A DNA stretch of 63,862 bases, counting the filler, from Choristocarpus tenellus KU-1152 (lineage: Eukaryota > Protista > Phaeophyceae), in the NCBI GenBank assembly GCA_964200185.2. It is 12 parts of 12 records of this genome, joined end to end, with 100 filler letters (N's around TTAATTAATTAA, not from the genome) between each part and the next. Parts side by side here need not be neighbours in the genome. Positions count along the whole stretch, not along the records: positions 36,891 to 44,024 come from CAXNAD020006634.1; positions 44,125 to 48,847 come from CAXNAD020013328.1; positions 48,948 to 52,725 come from CAXNAD020017974.1; 9 more parts are not named here. One strand, 5' to 3'. Below the pieces are notes generated by a model. It saw nothing but the letters and a program-made list of their open reading frames with translations, ran no database searches and was not told the DNA's origin. Below, one piece after another: positions 37,380 through 50,536 of this stretch. A program made the translations under genes and the position numbers. The first letter of the stretch is position 1. Each line of letters begins with the position of its first letter.

Positions 37380-38640
37380 AAATAGCAGGAATCCGAGCTC
37401 GGACCATATTTCAGGTATTTGCAGTCCCCCAACGTCGCCCCACTGCCTGGTAAGGAATCAAATGTCTATATCGTATTTTTTCCTTCGTAATGGCTTACTG
37501 TATCGTTCGTATTTGCCAGGCCATCTTCGTAAGAGGAGCACGTTTAGAGACCAGTTGGTCGTTCCTCATTCCTTAGTTCGTCTTGTACTCCATGCTTGTC
37601 ATGACCATGCATTGTCTGGAGGTCACTTAGGTTTCAAACCCACGTTCGGTAAGATTAGAGACTCGTATTGGTGGCCAATATTCAATATCGACGCTCGTAC
37701 ATGGTGTCGTGATTGTCAAGCACGCCAAACGCGTAAGTCTGACCATAAGAAGCCTGCGCTTCCTGTTGGTCATATGCCCGTTGAGAGACCATTTCAACGT
37801 GTTGCTATTGATTTGGTAGAGTACAAAACACGTTCCCCAGCAACAAATGATGTCATGTGCTCGTATGTGTTGTCTATCATTATCACCTCACTCGTTTTGT
37901 TGTGCTTAGCCCTATTCCAAATAAAGAGGCCGCGACAATTGCTCGTACGCTGGTAGCGCACTTTGCAATTTTTGGTCCACCTGAGTCGTTACACTCTGAT
38001 CAATTTACCGAATTTGAAAACAGTATTGTTGCAGAGTTGCAGTCTGTCTTTGGTTCTAAGAAAACCAAAACCACTCCGTATCACCCCCAAGTAAATACTG
38101 TGTTAGAGAGAGTACATGCTACATTGCATTCTATGCTAGCAATGTTTTTATCTGTTGCTGAGGATAACTGGTCATCGTTATTGCCTTTCGTACAATTAGC
38201 CCATAACACAGCATTATTTAGTGAATAGTTGCATGAAACACGTTTTTTCTTCTGTTTGGAAGACAAGCTTGTTTACCTGTTGACATTATCCTTGGTTCAT
38301 CTAATGCTGATTCAGATGTCACTATTGAAGAGTTTACTCAGCAAACCAAAGATAATTTACAGCTTGCTTCTGAGTTGGCACGTCGTAACCTCCATGAACA
38401 CGATAAAAATCAGGAGCGTGTCAACCAACGTCTCGTGTTCCCCGTTTTCGTACCTGGTGATGATCAAGTTCTAGTCCATAGGCCACATGAGAGTAATGAT
38501 GGTCCGAATCCGAAATTACTTCAACCTTGGAGGGGTCCGTATGAAGTACATTCTAAGGTACCACCCATCGTCGTGTACAGGGTAGTACTAACTTGAAACT
38601 TGCGTCCATTTTCTGTTCATCTGGGTAGGATGAAACTATC
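37380..38640 (+). mobile_element. Decayed Ty3/Gypsy integrase
   Basis: HDHALSGGHLG...YWWP...CRDC; PFQRVAIDLV; HSDQ; TTPYHPQVN...ERVH; WRGPYEV (GPY/F motif). Confidence 0.92.
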
Positions 38641-39095
38641 CTCAAGTCCAACCTCCCACACCACATTTGAATGAACTGGATTATTTGTTTCTGGGAAAAC
38701 TAATACCATCACCGGATGTAGACCATCAAATCTCTCAACCTGTTATTGGCCAATATACTATTGATCTTCACAAAAGAAAAGAGAGATCCCACAATGCCGT
38801 GAAATGATTGCAGCCTATCGTGCAGTAAATGGATTGGATAACCAGTAAGAATTCTCGTTCCTCGCGTTGTTGACTTGAGAATTCGTGTTTATTATTATCA
38901 TACTTTGCATATTCTGTATATAATGCATTGTCATCGTGTCGTAACCTATCGTTCAGTAAAGAGATTATCCTGGGTATGTGTGGCACAGATCATGGCCATT
39001 TTTTTTTTTTCCTATTTTGTTTGATTAATTCTGTGTTTGTGTACTTATTATTAAGACTCGTGTCTTTTGGCCAGATCTCGTGGTACAAAGTTTGT

Positions 39096-39136
39096 GTGCA
39101 TTGCATCCGTGAGTTCGAATCTCACTAGTGTCGCCA
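39096..39136 (+). other. 3' part of a long-variable-arm tRNA (Ser-like) with encoded CCA; PBS-like or retro-copied
   Basis: GTGAG-TTCGAAT-CTCAC T-arm, TAGTGTC-G-CCA acceptor end, GTGC-ATT-GCAT variable-arm hairpin; no 5' half recognised. Confidence 0.55.
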
Positions 39137-40425
39137 ACGTGAATCGTGTGATTCTGTGGCGGCGTGGTTCGCTTAGGCAAGGGTGGTGAAGATAATCACC
39201 GGGCAAGACGCACTACATGAACATGGACGAACCGTGACCGAGGGTACGAGGTTAAGGTTGGACAAGTGTAAACTTAGAAGTGATGAGCACTATCAAAGGT
39301 GGGACTTCATCATCAGTCAAGACGTGAGAAAAAAGTGGATTTCCATGTGTGACAACTCTGAATGACGAGCTGTCTCAAGTCTATGGGATTGGTCACATGA
39401 AGAGAATTCCATGGTTTCATTCTAACGGAAAAGTCCGTCAGTGAAATCATGAACTCTTTACTGGGAACCTTAATCGGTACCACCGTATAACGGTATATGG
39501 CATACGGCAATAACGGTATAATAACAGGCAAACATGCTTTCCACAGTAGTGCATAAAAGAGAGAGCCAACATATTCAACCGTCTTCTTGCAGCGATGAGC
39601 ATGTGTTGTTGACTACTTCAATTTTTCCTGGTGTAAGGACAAGGGGGGTGGATCTATTATTATACATGTGTCTGCTACTCACCCCACCCTCTTCATCATC
39701 ATTTTTCCTTGGGATATCGCTTTGAGGAGTATATACAAATTAGATGGCCGAGCTATTCATTCGAGCACACCCAACCAATCATCTACTATTTTTCTGATTG
39801 AGTGTGATGCTCTCAAAATGTAAGACAGTCATTTTGTAACTCATGTCGTGTAAGACTACTGATTAGAATGTACTGAAAACAGTAAGAGGGCTTGCATGAC
39901 TATCCTCATCCAGATAAGGACCCCGAAGACGCTGAGAAGATTAATGTGACAAGCAATATCAGCTTTCAGCCTTCAATATTAAAGTTTTTGTATCTTAGTC
40001 CTAGGTGGAATGATGGAGAGTCGAAGAAACGAAGGCTTACTCAACGATTTGCTGCGAGTGGTGTTCTCCAAGTGGAAATAGCTGTTAAAGGTTGTTTTCA
40101 TCAAGGCACAGGGCATTGGCGCTCCTTCGTGAAACTCGTAACATGTGCATCAGGAGTCATGGCTATAGAGAATACCACAAAACCAACTATCCCTCTGACA
40201 TCGAGGAAGGGGATGGATGGGTGATGTTACGGAGACAACCACACTGTCAGTGCTGGTCGTCATTACCTTTGCTGGTGTGGGAAATTATTCGTGCAATCCT
40301 ATTTGTCGCAATCACCTCAGCACCCAGCGTGTTTGATAGCATTCCCAAAACGTCTACAGGGGTAAGATCATATCCAGCTATCTCATCGACGTACGTTCAT
40401 AGCCTCTCTCGCATCCTCTCACCTA

Positions 40426-40683
40426 GAGTGAAAGTATCTTAGAGGGTACGAGTTTTTCCCTGTTTGTCCATTTGGGACTTAGCTTCTCATGGAGTTTTTT
40501 GTTACATATTCCTACTCCAAAATGTTTTGGAATAGGTAAAATGTCTACGTTATGAAAAGGTCTGTCCGGAACAAGGATGCTGACACTTCCTAACAAACAC
40601 GATAGCCAAATTACATCAAAATTGCAACGTTGGATTTTGGCCCCCAAATAGACGTGGCCTTGCCCTCTAAGATACTTTGGCTC
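40426..40683 (-). mobile_element. MITE family A, TSD CTA (or CCTA sharing the terminal C)
   Basis: CCTA|GAGTGAAAGTATCTT...GATACTTTGGCTC|CTA. Confidence 0.92.
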
Positions 40684-42106
40684 CTAAATCTGAAGGAGGG
40701 AAGAACATCTTTCCCCGATGTTACGGTAGAGGAACAAACAAAGAATGCGAGCAGGGAAAGCAGAGGGAGGGTGCACACCCCTAACAAGAATATATTTATC
40801 ACCCATGAGAGGAGAGAAAAAAAATCCTCTACATGCACCTAGTCTCAGTTTTCACCTGTTCAAGGATGACTGAAGTGGAAAGGGGATCCAATTGACAACT
40901 CACAACCTCTAACTAGGATCTTCCTCGTCCTTTAACTATAATTGAGCATAATTTTATAATATTTGAACATCTTACCTATCCAAAACCAACAATAGGATTG
41001 TGACACACGATGACTACAGGAGGACCATGGATCAAAATGGTAGAGGGCAAATCAATTGTGAGTCTTCTAATATCTAGTTGAGGAGCAACATTAACGATGT
41101 CAAGATTCTTCGATGTTTTTGTGATACTAATACTTCCAACAAGAGGCTTAGAGTATATCGTAGTACAACATCAATGTACATAGAGTATTTATGATGTTGA
41201 AGTTCGTTACGTAAGAAACTAATCTTTAATGTTTTGTTCCATTCCCTCCCTTCAATTTCTTGATTTTTCCAACATATTAATCTCTGCAAGTTGGGAATGG
41301 ATAAAATAATATAAATATTGTCTGTATTCTATATCACTAAACTGGTACTAATATGTTACCCCTCTAAAGCAATCTTGCTTTTTTTTACTGTAGCCACAAG
41401 ACGTATGCATGCAACAATATATCTATAGATAAATGCTCACGACCAGACATTTGCAAGGTTTGTATACACAATTGTACAAACTTTGGTGAACGGGATGCCT
41501 CGATCAAATAATGGCAATAACTCGGAGGAACATCTCTGGTGCAATTTTATAGGTCACAACCTCATACAAAAATGAGGTGGTTGGCTAAATTCCTCGCAGA
41601 AGCCTGATGCGGGTTAGATACCTGCTCAAATTCAGAGCTTGTGGTAATAGCGAAAATTAAGCAAGACTTGCGGACATCTATTAGACCCATGTACGGGCAG
41701 ACTGTGAGCACACACAAGGGTGGCCCATGTTGAATAGCTTGGCGCATGTAAGGCTCGTCGCCGAAAGCTAGTGGTTGAGTTACATGGTAAAACATTCATT
41801 GAATATTATTTATCCACTGGGTGCCCAATATCAATTATATTGTATTGACCCACCATACCACTGGTATTAGCCCACCACACTGCTATTTATGTTACTGCTT
41901 TGTATTGTATCTTCTCAAAGATAAACGTACATGAAACCTATGTTATATACTTGTATCAGCACTTACAACAGAAGGATAATGCTATGCTGTTCGGCATCCT
42001 CACCTTGCTGAAAACAAGTATTTACTCTAAAACAACGACACTAATAAAAGAATATACTACACAAATGTCGTTTGTCTACATGTTTATCAAAACCTTTACA
42101 TGTTGT

Positions 42107-42285
42107 GACCCATAGTATCTGGGGGGGGGGCGGCGGTCTACACTAGAGTGTCCATTTAGACCAAAACCAGGAAAAGTGCACTTACATCATCCGTCCGATG
42201 TATGCAACCAACTTACAAAAAAATAGTGAAATGAAGAAATTGACCCCAATTGGACAGCCGCCACCCCCCCCAGATACTTCGAGCC
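42107..42285. mobile_element. MITE family B, TSD TGT
   Basis: TGT|GACCCATAGTATCT...GATACTTCGAGCC|TGT. Confidence 0.88.
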
Positions 42286-42299
42286 TGTCTATAACTTCT

Positions 42300-42464
42300 T
42301 ACTTCCCTCATTTTTGCAGTACCAACAAAAATAACACAAATCTCTCCTTTTCGAGCTAAGTTCCTCAAAACATGGTGTGGGATATCAATGTGCTTTGTTC
42401 TAGTAGAGCTTGTGGCATTTCGTACTAGTTTGCATGCACCATCGTTATCCTCAAACAAAGTCAA
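42300..42464 (-). mobile_element. Copia RNase H fragment
   Basis: LFEDNDGAC...TRTKHIDIPHH...VGT. Confidence 0.85.
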
Positions 42465-42471
42465 TGCAAGG

Positions 42472-44024
42472 GAAATTTAATGGTGGAAGAAAGAAAAATA
42501 CTTCTAATTCCAACCCAAAACGTTCCGAGAAGATTCCTTGTGAGAGATGCAGTAAGCATAGACATGAGAAGTCAGCTTGCCCAAACCGCAATTGCACCAA
42601 ATGTGGTGGACGTGCCCATGATGCAACAACATGTACTTCAGTGTTCTTGACTACAGTGCAGTCTGGGAAAGAAGAGATCAAGACTGAGGCGAATCCTTCC
42701 CACATTACTGTGGAAAGTACCACCAGCTGCGGCAACGAGGAGCGATATGCACTACTGGTCGCCAATGAGGACTCTCCGAGCAGCAATGCTCCAGGCAATT
42801 GTGGGGCAAGAGTCAAAGTATCTTAGAGGGTAGAGCCGTGTCCATTTTGGCATCAAAATTCAATGTTGCAATTTTGAAATAGTTTTGGCTATCATGTATT
42901 TAGGAGATGTCAATATCCTTTTTCCAAACACTCCTTTTCATAACATACACATTTTACCTACTCCGAAACATTCTTGAGTAGGTAAAACGTCATTAAAAAC
43001 CCGTGGAAAGCCAAGTCCCAAATGGACAAATAGGGGAAAATTCGTACCCTCTAAGATAATTTCACTCGCAAACGGATGTTTGGTGTCAAGCGTTGGGGTT
43101 GGCCGCGAGAGGGAAGAATGGATTTTGGACAGTGCGGCTTCATGTCACGTAACCAATATGATAACTCACATGACTAATTACAAGACTTGCATTGGAAATG
43201 AAAGGGTAGTCACTGCCAGCCAAAATTCCTTTTGCATCGCTGGTCATGGTGATCTAACCATCTTGTTTCCTTCACGTGACAACAAGGAGGTAGAAATACT
43301 CCTTCAGAATGTCGCCCATGTCCCTGATCTTGGATTCAACCTTTTCTCTTGCCAAGCAGCAGCTGACAAGGGTGCAAAAGGCATTTTCACAGCCAGCACA
43401 TTCTCGCTATTAGATGGAGTACTTAACTTCACAAGAGATCCTGGTTGCCACTACACCCTCCATGGTCAACGCATAGTACCGCGACTAGATCAAAATGCTG
43501 AAGTTGCTTTAAAGGCCACTATAGCCCCCTCGCTTGCACCCCACGCTCCCCACACCAACGTCGACATTAACCTCTTTCACCGCTCATATGGCCACGCACA
43601 CGAGGCATTGCTCAAGTCCACCGCCATTTCAATGGGCATTACATTGGTGGGTGGGCTGGAGCCATGTGCGGGTGTTCTATGAGCAAGGTCATACGGAAGG
43701 ACGTTCGGTCCAGCACGTCTACAAGGGCGGTAAGAAAGCTGGATCGGGTTTTTGTCGACTTAATTGGGAAGAGGGCTACCCTTTCAATCGGTGGTAAACA
43801 ATACACCATGATAATCCGGGACGATTATTCTCGTTTTGTTTGGTTGTATTTCCTTCGTGCAAAGTCGGATGCCGCCGAAGCCTTCAAGAAGTACCTGGCC
43901 GATATCCAGGCTGATGGTACTCCCTCTCGGGTCATGTGTGTGCGGTCTGATAATGGGGGGGAATTTTATGAGGGTGCTTTCGGCGCTCTTTGTCGTGATC
44001 GGGGGATAAAACAGGAGTTCACAC
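42472..44024 (+). mobile_element. Second plus-strand copy of the Copia family (zinc knuckles to integrase)
   Basis: Colinear with 27523-28769; WILDSAASCH, RSDNGGEF, IKQEFT. Confidence 0.95.
42810..43067 (+). mobile_element. MITE family A in Copia, TSD GCAA
   Basis: Removing the element plus one GCAA restores the spacing seen at about 27845-27875. Confidence 0.95.
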
Positions 44025-44124
44025 NNNNNNNNNNNNNNNNNNNNNNNNNNNNNNNNNNNNNNNNNNNNTTAATTAATTAANNNNNNNNNNNNNNNNNNNN
44101 NNNNNNNNNNNNNNNNNNNNNNNN

Positions 44125-44390
44125 GACCTATCTTGAACATTATGATATTCATATGACATTTGTTCTTGCATGTTGAAGGTAACATCTGCTTGAAGTAAGA
44201 TTGGGTGGTTTGAAGTGACCTTACCAACACCCCCCTCATTAAATTATCACCTGAACACTCTTTTCCTGAGTGATCTTCTGAGGGATTGCTCTCCCTTTTT
44301 GATTTGTCTCTCTTTGATCTTGCCTCCTGTGGGTCTTCCCGCTCCCCTTCATCACGAAGAACCTGTCGGCTTGTTTCCATCTGTTTCACA
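44125..44390. mobile_element. LTR family 1, partial at contig start
   Basis: Closely similar to 17149-17391, ends TGTTTCACA. Confidence 0.85.
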
Positions 44391-44699
44391 TCACATTTCG
44401 CAAAAATATTTTGGTAAGGCTAAATTGTCACTGAATGTTTTCGGAACAACCTTGAAAATGTTTCGGAATGAGGTATCTCGACCAAAAATATTTTTTGCGG
44501 AAGAATTCGTTTGCGTAAATCGTTAGCCTAGATCGAGAGCTTCATTTGATATGCTGATCGTCGATTAACTCGTTGGCCAACATTTTCAAACAAATCAAGA
44601 TTTTTAACCGCAAAAATGGTTCGTGGGCGGACCTCGGCTTAATACTGTTTAAGCCACTCACGGGGAACTATGACGCACAATGACCTCCGGGTTGTCCCC

Positions 44700-45305
44700 T
44701 GTCCCTCACAGGACACTGTGAATTGAACCTGATAGAGATGGTGTGGGGGCGGGCGAAGCACTATGTACGAGGCCATTGTGACTACACTTTGCCTGGAATG
44801 AGAGCCAACATTCCTGTTGGTCTTAAGGGGGCAGGGGGATTGTCCAGAGTAATGAGACAAAGTACCTTAGAGGGTAGGGCCGTGTCCTTTGGGGGCAAAA
44901 TCCAATGTTGCGATTTTGATGTGATTTTGGCTATCGTGTTTGTTAGTGTCAATATCCTCGTTCCGGACACACCTTTTCATAACGTACACATTTTACCTAC
45001 TCCAAAACAATAATATATTGGAGTAGGGAAATGTCATAAAAAACCCAATGGGAAGCCGAGCCCCAAATGGACAAACACGACAAAACTCGTACTCTCTAAG
45101 ATACTTTCATTCAATGGTGGAGAGGTTCTTCGGGATGAGTATTGCTTACCACCTTATTATACATTCCAACGAGAAAGGCACGGAGTGCACCAAGTTGGAC
45201 AGGGTATACAAGACATTTAAGTTTCACAGACAGGAGGCCTGTACCTTCATAATACCTCATTTGACTTGGCATGGATTGTCTGGTTCAGAGGCCTGGGCCC
45301 CGTGA
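44700..45305 (+). pseudogene. Tc1/IS630-type transposase C-terminal fragment split by a MITE
   Basis: HCELNLIEMVWGRAKHYVRGHCDYTL...LSRVM|VERFF...YKTFKFHR; frame is restored on MITE removal. Confidence 0.8.
44854..45112 (+). mobile_element. MITE family A, TSD AAT (or AATG sharing the terminal G)
   Basis: AAT|GAGACAAAGTACCTT...GATACTTTCATTC|AATG. Confidence 0.9.
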
Positions 45306-45929
45306 GTGAACCTTAGCCAGCAGGTGACAACATCGCAAAGACGGGAAATAATGGATAGTGAATGGAGAGGCAACAACGCGCATGTATGTTCTCTGGGTGA
45401 AGATGACCTCTTCTGGCATCAAAATCATCCTTAAATGCGCGGTTCGTGCGAACCGCGCGCACCGACTGCCTGATTCAAGTATGGTCCTGTATTTCTCATG
45501 ATTACTGCAAGTTAACCAACCGAGATCCATCGAATAAGGTTTAGCATGCTGATGCGATTACAACTAACGAATTTTCATTAAAAAAAATGTTGTTGATCAA
45601 AAGTTACGGAACGACAAAGTTGATGCAGGAGGCGACTGCCAACACTGTAACACCAACTACTCTATAAACTACCAAATATTGAGAAAATTTAGTTTTGATT
45701 CTTTTTGAATATATCGAATATTTCAACTCCTTGTATATGTGCGTTTTATTCTGACACTAATGTGAACGAAAAATATCGAATATGGACGTATTGGTTCTTG
45801 AGTTTTTCCTTGACTGTTTTTACATTATTCTTTGTTCTATTATGACTTTTCTTCAATCTTTTTTTCTTTTGGCAAATCTAATTTTCTGTAATGTGTAACC
45901 TTCAAGCTTCTTCCTGTTGTGTAATATAG

Positions 45930-46046
45930 GCTGGTAGTCTACTAGACAACAGGAATGTTGACTAACAGGAATGTTGACTATGTGGAACAAGAGCCGTTGC
46001 CTTGAGTTTGTGTGCATAAAGCAATGGGTTCGAATCTCAGATTAGC
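45930..46046 (+). other. Degenerate tRNA-like sequence (pseudo-tRNA or SINE head)
   Basis: B-box GGTTCGAATCTC; GCTGGT...ATTAGC can pair; internal 16-bp tandem duplication AACAGGAATGTTGACT. Confidence 0.3.
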
Positions 46047-46569
46047 GGTTTCTTATTACTTGATGCAAATGGACTGATGGAGGAGTTCTGACATTGTACT
46101 GGCTACACAGGTTAAGTGACGTAGTACGATGTAACGGCAGGACACATTTTGTGTATCAGCTGATATATGTAATAAACAATAAGATAATAAGAGAGAGCAT
46201 CCCCCACCACCAAGGGCTGTGCTCAATCCGCTAATAAACATATCCGTACCACACAAAGCAAAATACTCTACTTGAGTCGCTCTCTTTTGCAAACTTCCAA
46301 CATTGATTCCTTACTCCTACTACTCTAATACGTTAAACTTCTTACATACCAATTTCTGTCAAGGTGGGAAGGTGGATGGAATGGAGGGACAAAATATATG
46401 TTGATCAAGGGAAAACCAATAAAAATCCCGTCAAATGTCAGAACAAACCTTTATACGTCTCAATTTCTATGGGTGGGAGGGGAATGGAAATAACAACGAC
46501 AAACCCCCAGAATGCTACTTTCAAAGACGCGTATTTGAAATTGCAACAACCAGGTTAAACGGATGATGA

Positions 46570-46915
46570 GGAGTCGTTAAATCCCGGCTACGCCAAATTG
46601 TCTCAGTAACTACGCAAGGGGCACTGTCTAGACGTGTCATGCATTTTAAACTGGAGTCACCAGGGAGATGGGCACGGAGGGGTTTATTGGATTCTTGGGA
46701 TGCCTCCCTAGCTCCTCCCCCCGGGGTACAGGTATAGGTAGATTGGAGACACAGGAAGGCAGTAGTACAACATAGATAGTGGTGAAGTAACATAGAGTAG
46801 TGTTTTTCACATTTATGGCATTTTATTTCTTTAGGGCTTATACTGACATGTGCATAGTTTTCATTGGTTTCCCCCTAACACATCTATAAAATGTCAGAGG
46901 ACATAATAATAAATG
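46570..46915 (+). mobile_element. 5'-truncated CRE-like non-LTR element 3' end
   Basis: Homologous to 20290-20675, ends GAGGACATAATAATAAA. Confidence 0.75.
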
Positions 46916-49182
46916 TTCTTTGGTATCGTCGTATGATACGTTGTCACAAGAGTATGTCTCTTTTGATGATATTATATTGGTATTTTATAAAGAGTGTGCC
47001 TACTCGTGATGTCGATAATTGGTATTTGAATAGCAAAGCACTCGGGGGAGAAATGCACACCAGCCATCACACATGTACATACATATGCATCCCACATATA
47101 CTCCATCACTCTATCGTATACCTTCAATGTAAAGGGAACAATATATACAGAGTAGGGTATTACAGGTGAGACTAACATGTATATGCGAAACGCCATATTT
47201 ATGACCAACATTAAATAGTGGGTTTCTATCACATTATATTGGTTAGCTTCTCCAAACAGTCTGTACACCTCCATCGTTTCGCGTTTATGTGTTGTGTCCC
47301 AGCACCCATTACCAACATCCTCTCTTCCTGTAAATTGCACCATCTCATCCACATGTTGTCGCACTTGTGATTATCGTGAGTCTAGCAAGCCCTTACGAAA
47401 AACACTTGAAAAATTGGGTACACTAATAACCTCTTTAACTGAATGATGGTTAGAAGGTTCGCCTGTTCAGTAACACTGTCATCTCTACACTGCCATCTCT
47501 ATTGCCTTCGTCTTTATCACCTTCATCGAGCCCTTCAAACTCTAGAGCTGAAACACCTAGCAAGTAAATCTTCATGGTCGATAATTGTTGATGTCATTGA
47601 GGCATGTATCATTCACTACTCCAGTCAAGACTGCAACCCCACTTTTCTGACATCTTCCCCTGGGACTGTGATGTATGTTGTCAAGACCAAGCTGCTGTTG
47701 TTGTCAATGTTGCCCAAGTCCTTTAATCCTACAAACAAGATATGCTAGGCATAGCGATGGATATCAGCCAGGCATTGAGCCTTCATGCCGAACACTGGTA
47801 CACCTATCATACCTCAAATCTGAAATTTGCCTTTGAACCCCCTCCCTGCCAAACATTTTGACCTGTTGCTCTTTAGTGCCTTGCTTAATTGGCCTTCTAC
47901 TCATGGGCCAGTTGCATTTCATGCAGCCTACCTTATCACACCTGTAACACTTAACAACTTTCCCCCATTCGTTTCTTTCAGTTAGTAGTGGGTGGCTTAT
48001 TTCTGACCTTGAACTCTTGCCCTCTCTCCCTTACGGTCTTTGCACCTCGACTATATCATGTTTTGCACTTCCTGCAGTGTGTTGATATTCCTGCCATTGT
48101 CTAATGACACGGTTTCCTCCTTTGACGGTTTGAGATCAATTCTTGCGTCTCAAGCATGTCTTATAAGATTGTTGATGTTTAGGTCTTTATTGTCATCTCA
48201 TTTGCTCACACGGCTACCACTCCCGCAATAGTCTCTCTCAAGTAAGACCATATTGCTTGGTCGAGATTGAAAGTGACCTAGGTGGGACACGACCTATACT
48301 ACGCTCACACTTTTCTAGATCTTCCCATACAAGAATTCAGGAGCTAAGTGCCTGTTCCAAGAATGTTCCCCTTTCTGGAATGTTCTTCTAGAACATTCTC
48401 ATTCCACGAACTTCCATCGCATATCTTATGCTACCTCCTGCTGTCATAGTATTTCGACTTGTCTTGTTAACAGCTACACAAATATATATCAACCAATAAG
48501 TGTCCCTAGTAGGGCTGTAGATCAATATCAGCAGAGTTCTTTCCTGGTCACTCTATTTGAGACCAATTCGTACTATTGAAGAATAGCATTTCGATAGCTT
48601 GACCAGGATCTTGACAATAAGTTCTGATTCTGGGATCTTGACCTCACAGAAAGAACAGCGGATCATGATAATGGTGGATTGATCATTTCACGGAGGATGG
48701 GTTTGACCGAAATGGTGTGCGGAAAGTGCCCATATGTTTTTTTTGTAAATGTGCTAAAACTTTTTTAAGGCCCCTTTTTGAATGGGAATCCATGACAAGC
48801 CCCATAAATGGATATATTTTACCTACTACGAAACCTTTTGGAGTCGANNNNNNNNNNNNNNNNNNNNNNNNNNNNNNNNNNNNNNNNNNNNTTAATTAAT
48901 TAANNNNNNNNNNNNNNNNNNNNNNNNNNNNNNNNNNNNNNNNNNNNCCAATCTGGCTCTAATGGTATTCTGTAACCCTTGGGGAAGACTCTCCCAAGAT
49001 AAAGAAAGATAATTGTTAACCTGTTTTGAGGCTAGTTGGAGATATATATTTTTGAATATAAACGTATATACTCATATCTGGTCAGACATATATTGATCTT
49101 GACTGTGCCTTACGACTTTTGAGGATCCGTTCTCAAAGGAAACGAGGGGATTGTTGATCATTGTTGGAATCCAGGGGTTAAT

Positions 49183-49319
49183 TTGGAACTGGAGTCCCTA
49201 TGTTAGAGACAACAGGCAGAGTCGGAACTGGAGTCCCTATGTTGGAAACAACTGGCAGAGTTGGAACCGGAGTCCCTATGTTGGAAACAATTGGCATAGT
49301 TGGAACTGAAGCCCCTATG
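49183..49319. repeat. Minisatellite, 39-bp unit, about 3.5 copies
   Basis: GGAACTGGAGTCCCTATGTT(A/G)GA(G/A)ACAAC(A/T)GGCAGAGT(C/T). Confidence 0.9.
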
Positions 49320-50077
49320 CTACCAAAGGGTAAGTTTGCATGCTACCACAGCACGATCTAAGGTGATGGATATTACTATCCAGATAATGATTATTGTCTG
49401 TGGTAAGCGTGAAACAGGTAATCCCTACATGGAATAGTAGAAGTTGGAACCATGAAGTAACCCACATCAGAACAGATAGCGATTTATGTAAAAAAAAAAT
49501 TATGAGTATATCAGGTACCAACCCCCCTATATTCCGTGGATTTTTTTTCCCCCTTTCATTAGATATTATTCTTTCGTTTTATTTTGGGATTTTCTTTTGT
49601 TTTTTTGTATTTTTTCCATTTTTTTCCCTATCTCTTGCTTAACTTTTTTTTCTCTCCTCTATTATCCGAACAGTTATCTGATCCCCTTAATTCCTTGCTT
49701 TGTTCTATCTTTCTTAATTCTTTTTTTTGTTATTGCTGATGTTGATGTTATTGCCTGTTTTACGCACTAGCAGCCGTCAGTATGATTCGTGCTTGGGGGG
49801 CAAGAGACAGGCAATAATCAGATGATACTTGGCACCTTAGGGTAGCTGTACTTTAGAAAGAGTAAATGTATACTCCAATTAGGCTAGATGCAGACAGATT
49901 TTTCCAAGTTGATAATGATACATGTTTTGGGCCTTGTAGGAGTTAGGTATTTTTTTCTTCTTTCTTTCTCCTTGCTACAGGATGATTTGAGGTGATTGAA
50001 GATATCTATTACCTTCATCGGTGACAATTGCCTGTGGTAAGCATGAAACATGTATTGCTAGTTCACGCTGGGGGGTA

Positions 50078-50536
50078 TGTTACAGGTGAGCATTTCTTTC
50101 TGCGTTCCAAAATGTGCGAACAGTATACATACTTAATAATTAATGTGAGAGGAACTTTGAATTGATAGAAGATGTAGAGTAAGATTCGAAATGCATACAT
50201 AATCTTACAGAATAGATGTCAATTCCCGAAAGTTGCAGAATAAAGATTTATGATTGGAGTATTTATACAGCAGTTTGCAGACTTCATTTAAGTCTTTAGC
50301 TGTAGAAAAACGGTGAATGATGTTAATAAAAGGCTGAGTGTTGACCACACACCTCAATCCTTTTTTGATTCTTACCCTCTTTTGATAAAGCAAAAAGCGA
50401 GACATTGACTGAGCTAAGCATCAACCGACACCATACATGGTCATCATCTATGAACCTCCGCGTAGCTTCGTTTAAAGTTCGTTGGATTTGAGTTACACAT
50501 CCTGTGGAGATGAGTTTGGGGGCGCGCGCTGTAACA
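50078..50536. mobile_element. LTR family 2 copy
   Basis: TGTTACAG...CTGTAACA; internal blocks shared with 32627-33173; TSD not preserved. Confidence 0.7.

Noticed and set aside
39950-40420. Possible LINE reverse transcriptase fragment (CGKLF)
   Set aside because: It is too degraded, and no second motif was found to support it.
40423-40647. Recurrent ORF peptides such as VNILVPDTPFHNV, QNSYPLRYFH and LKVSGGGG
   Set aside because: These are chance translations of non-coding MITE families A and B, with inconsistent frames and stops between copies.
44391-44650. Possible Kolobok/piggyBac-type end terminating in TTAA
   Set aside because: No partner TIR is present in the contig, so the superfamily cannot be supported.
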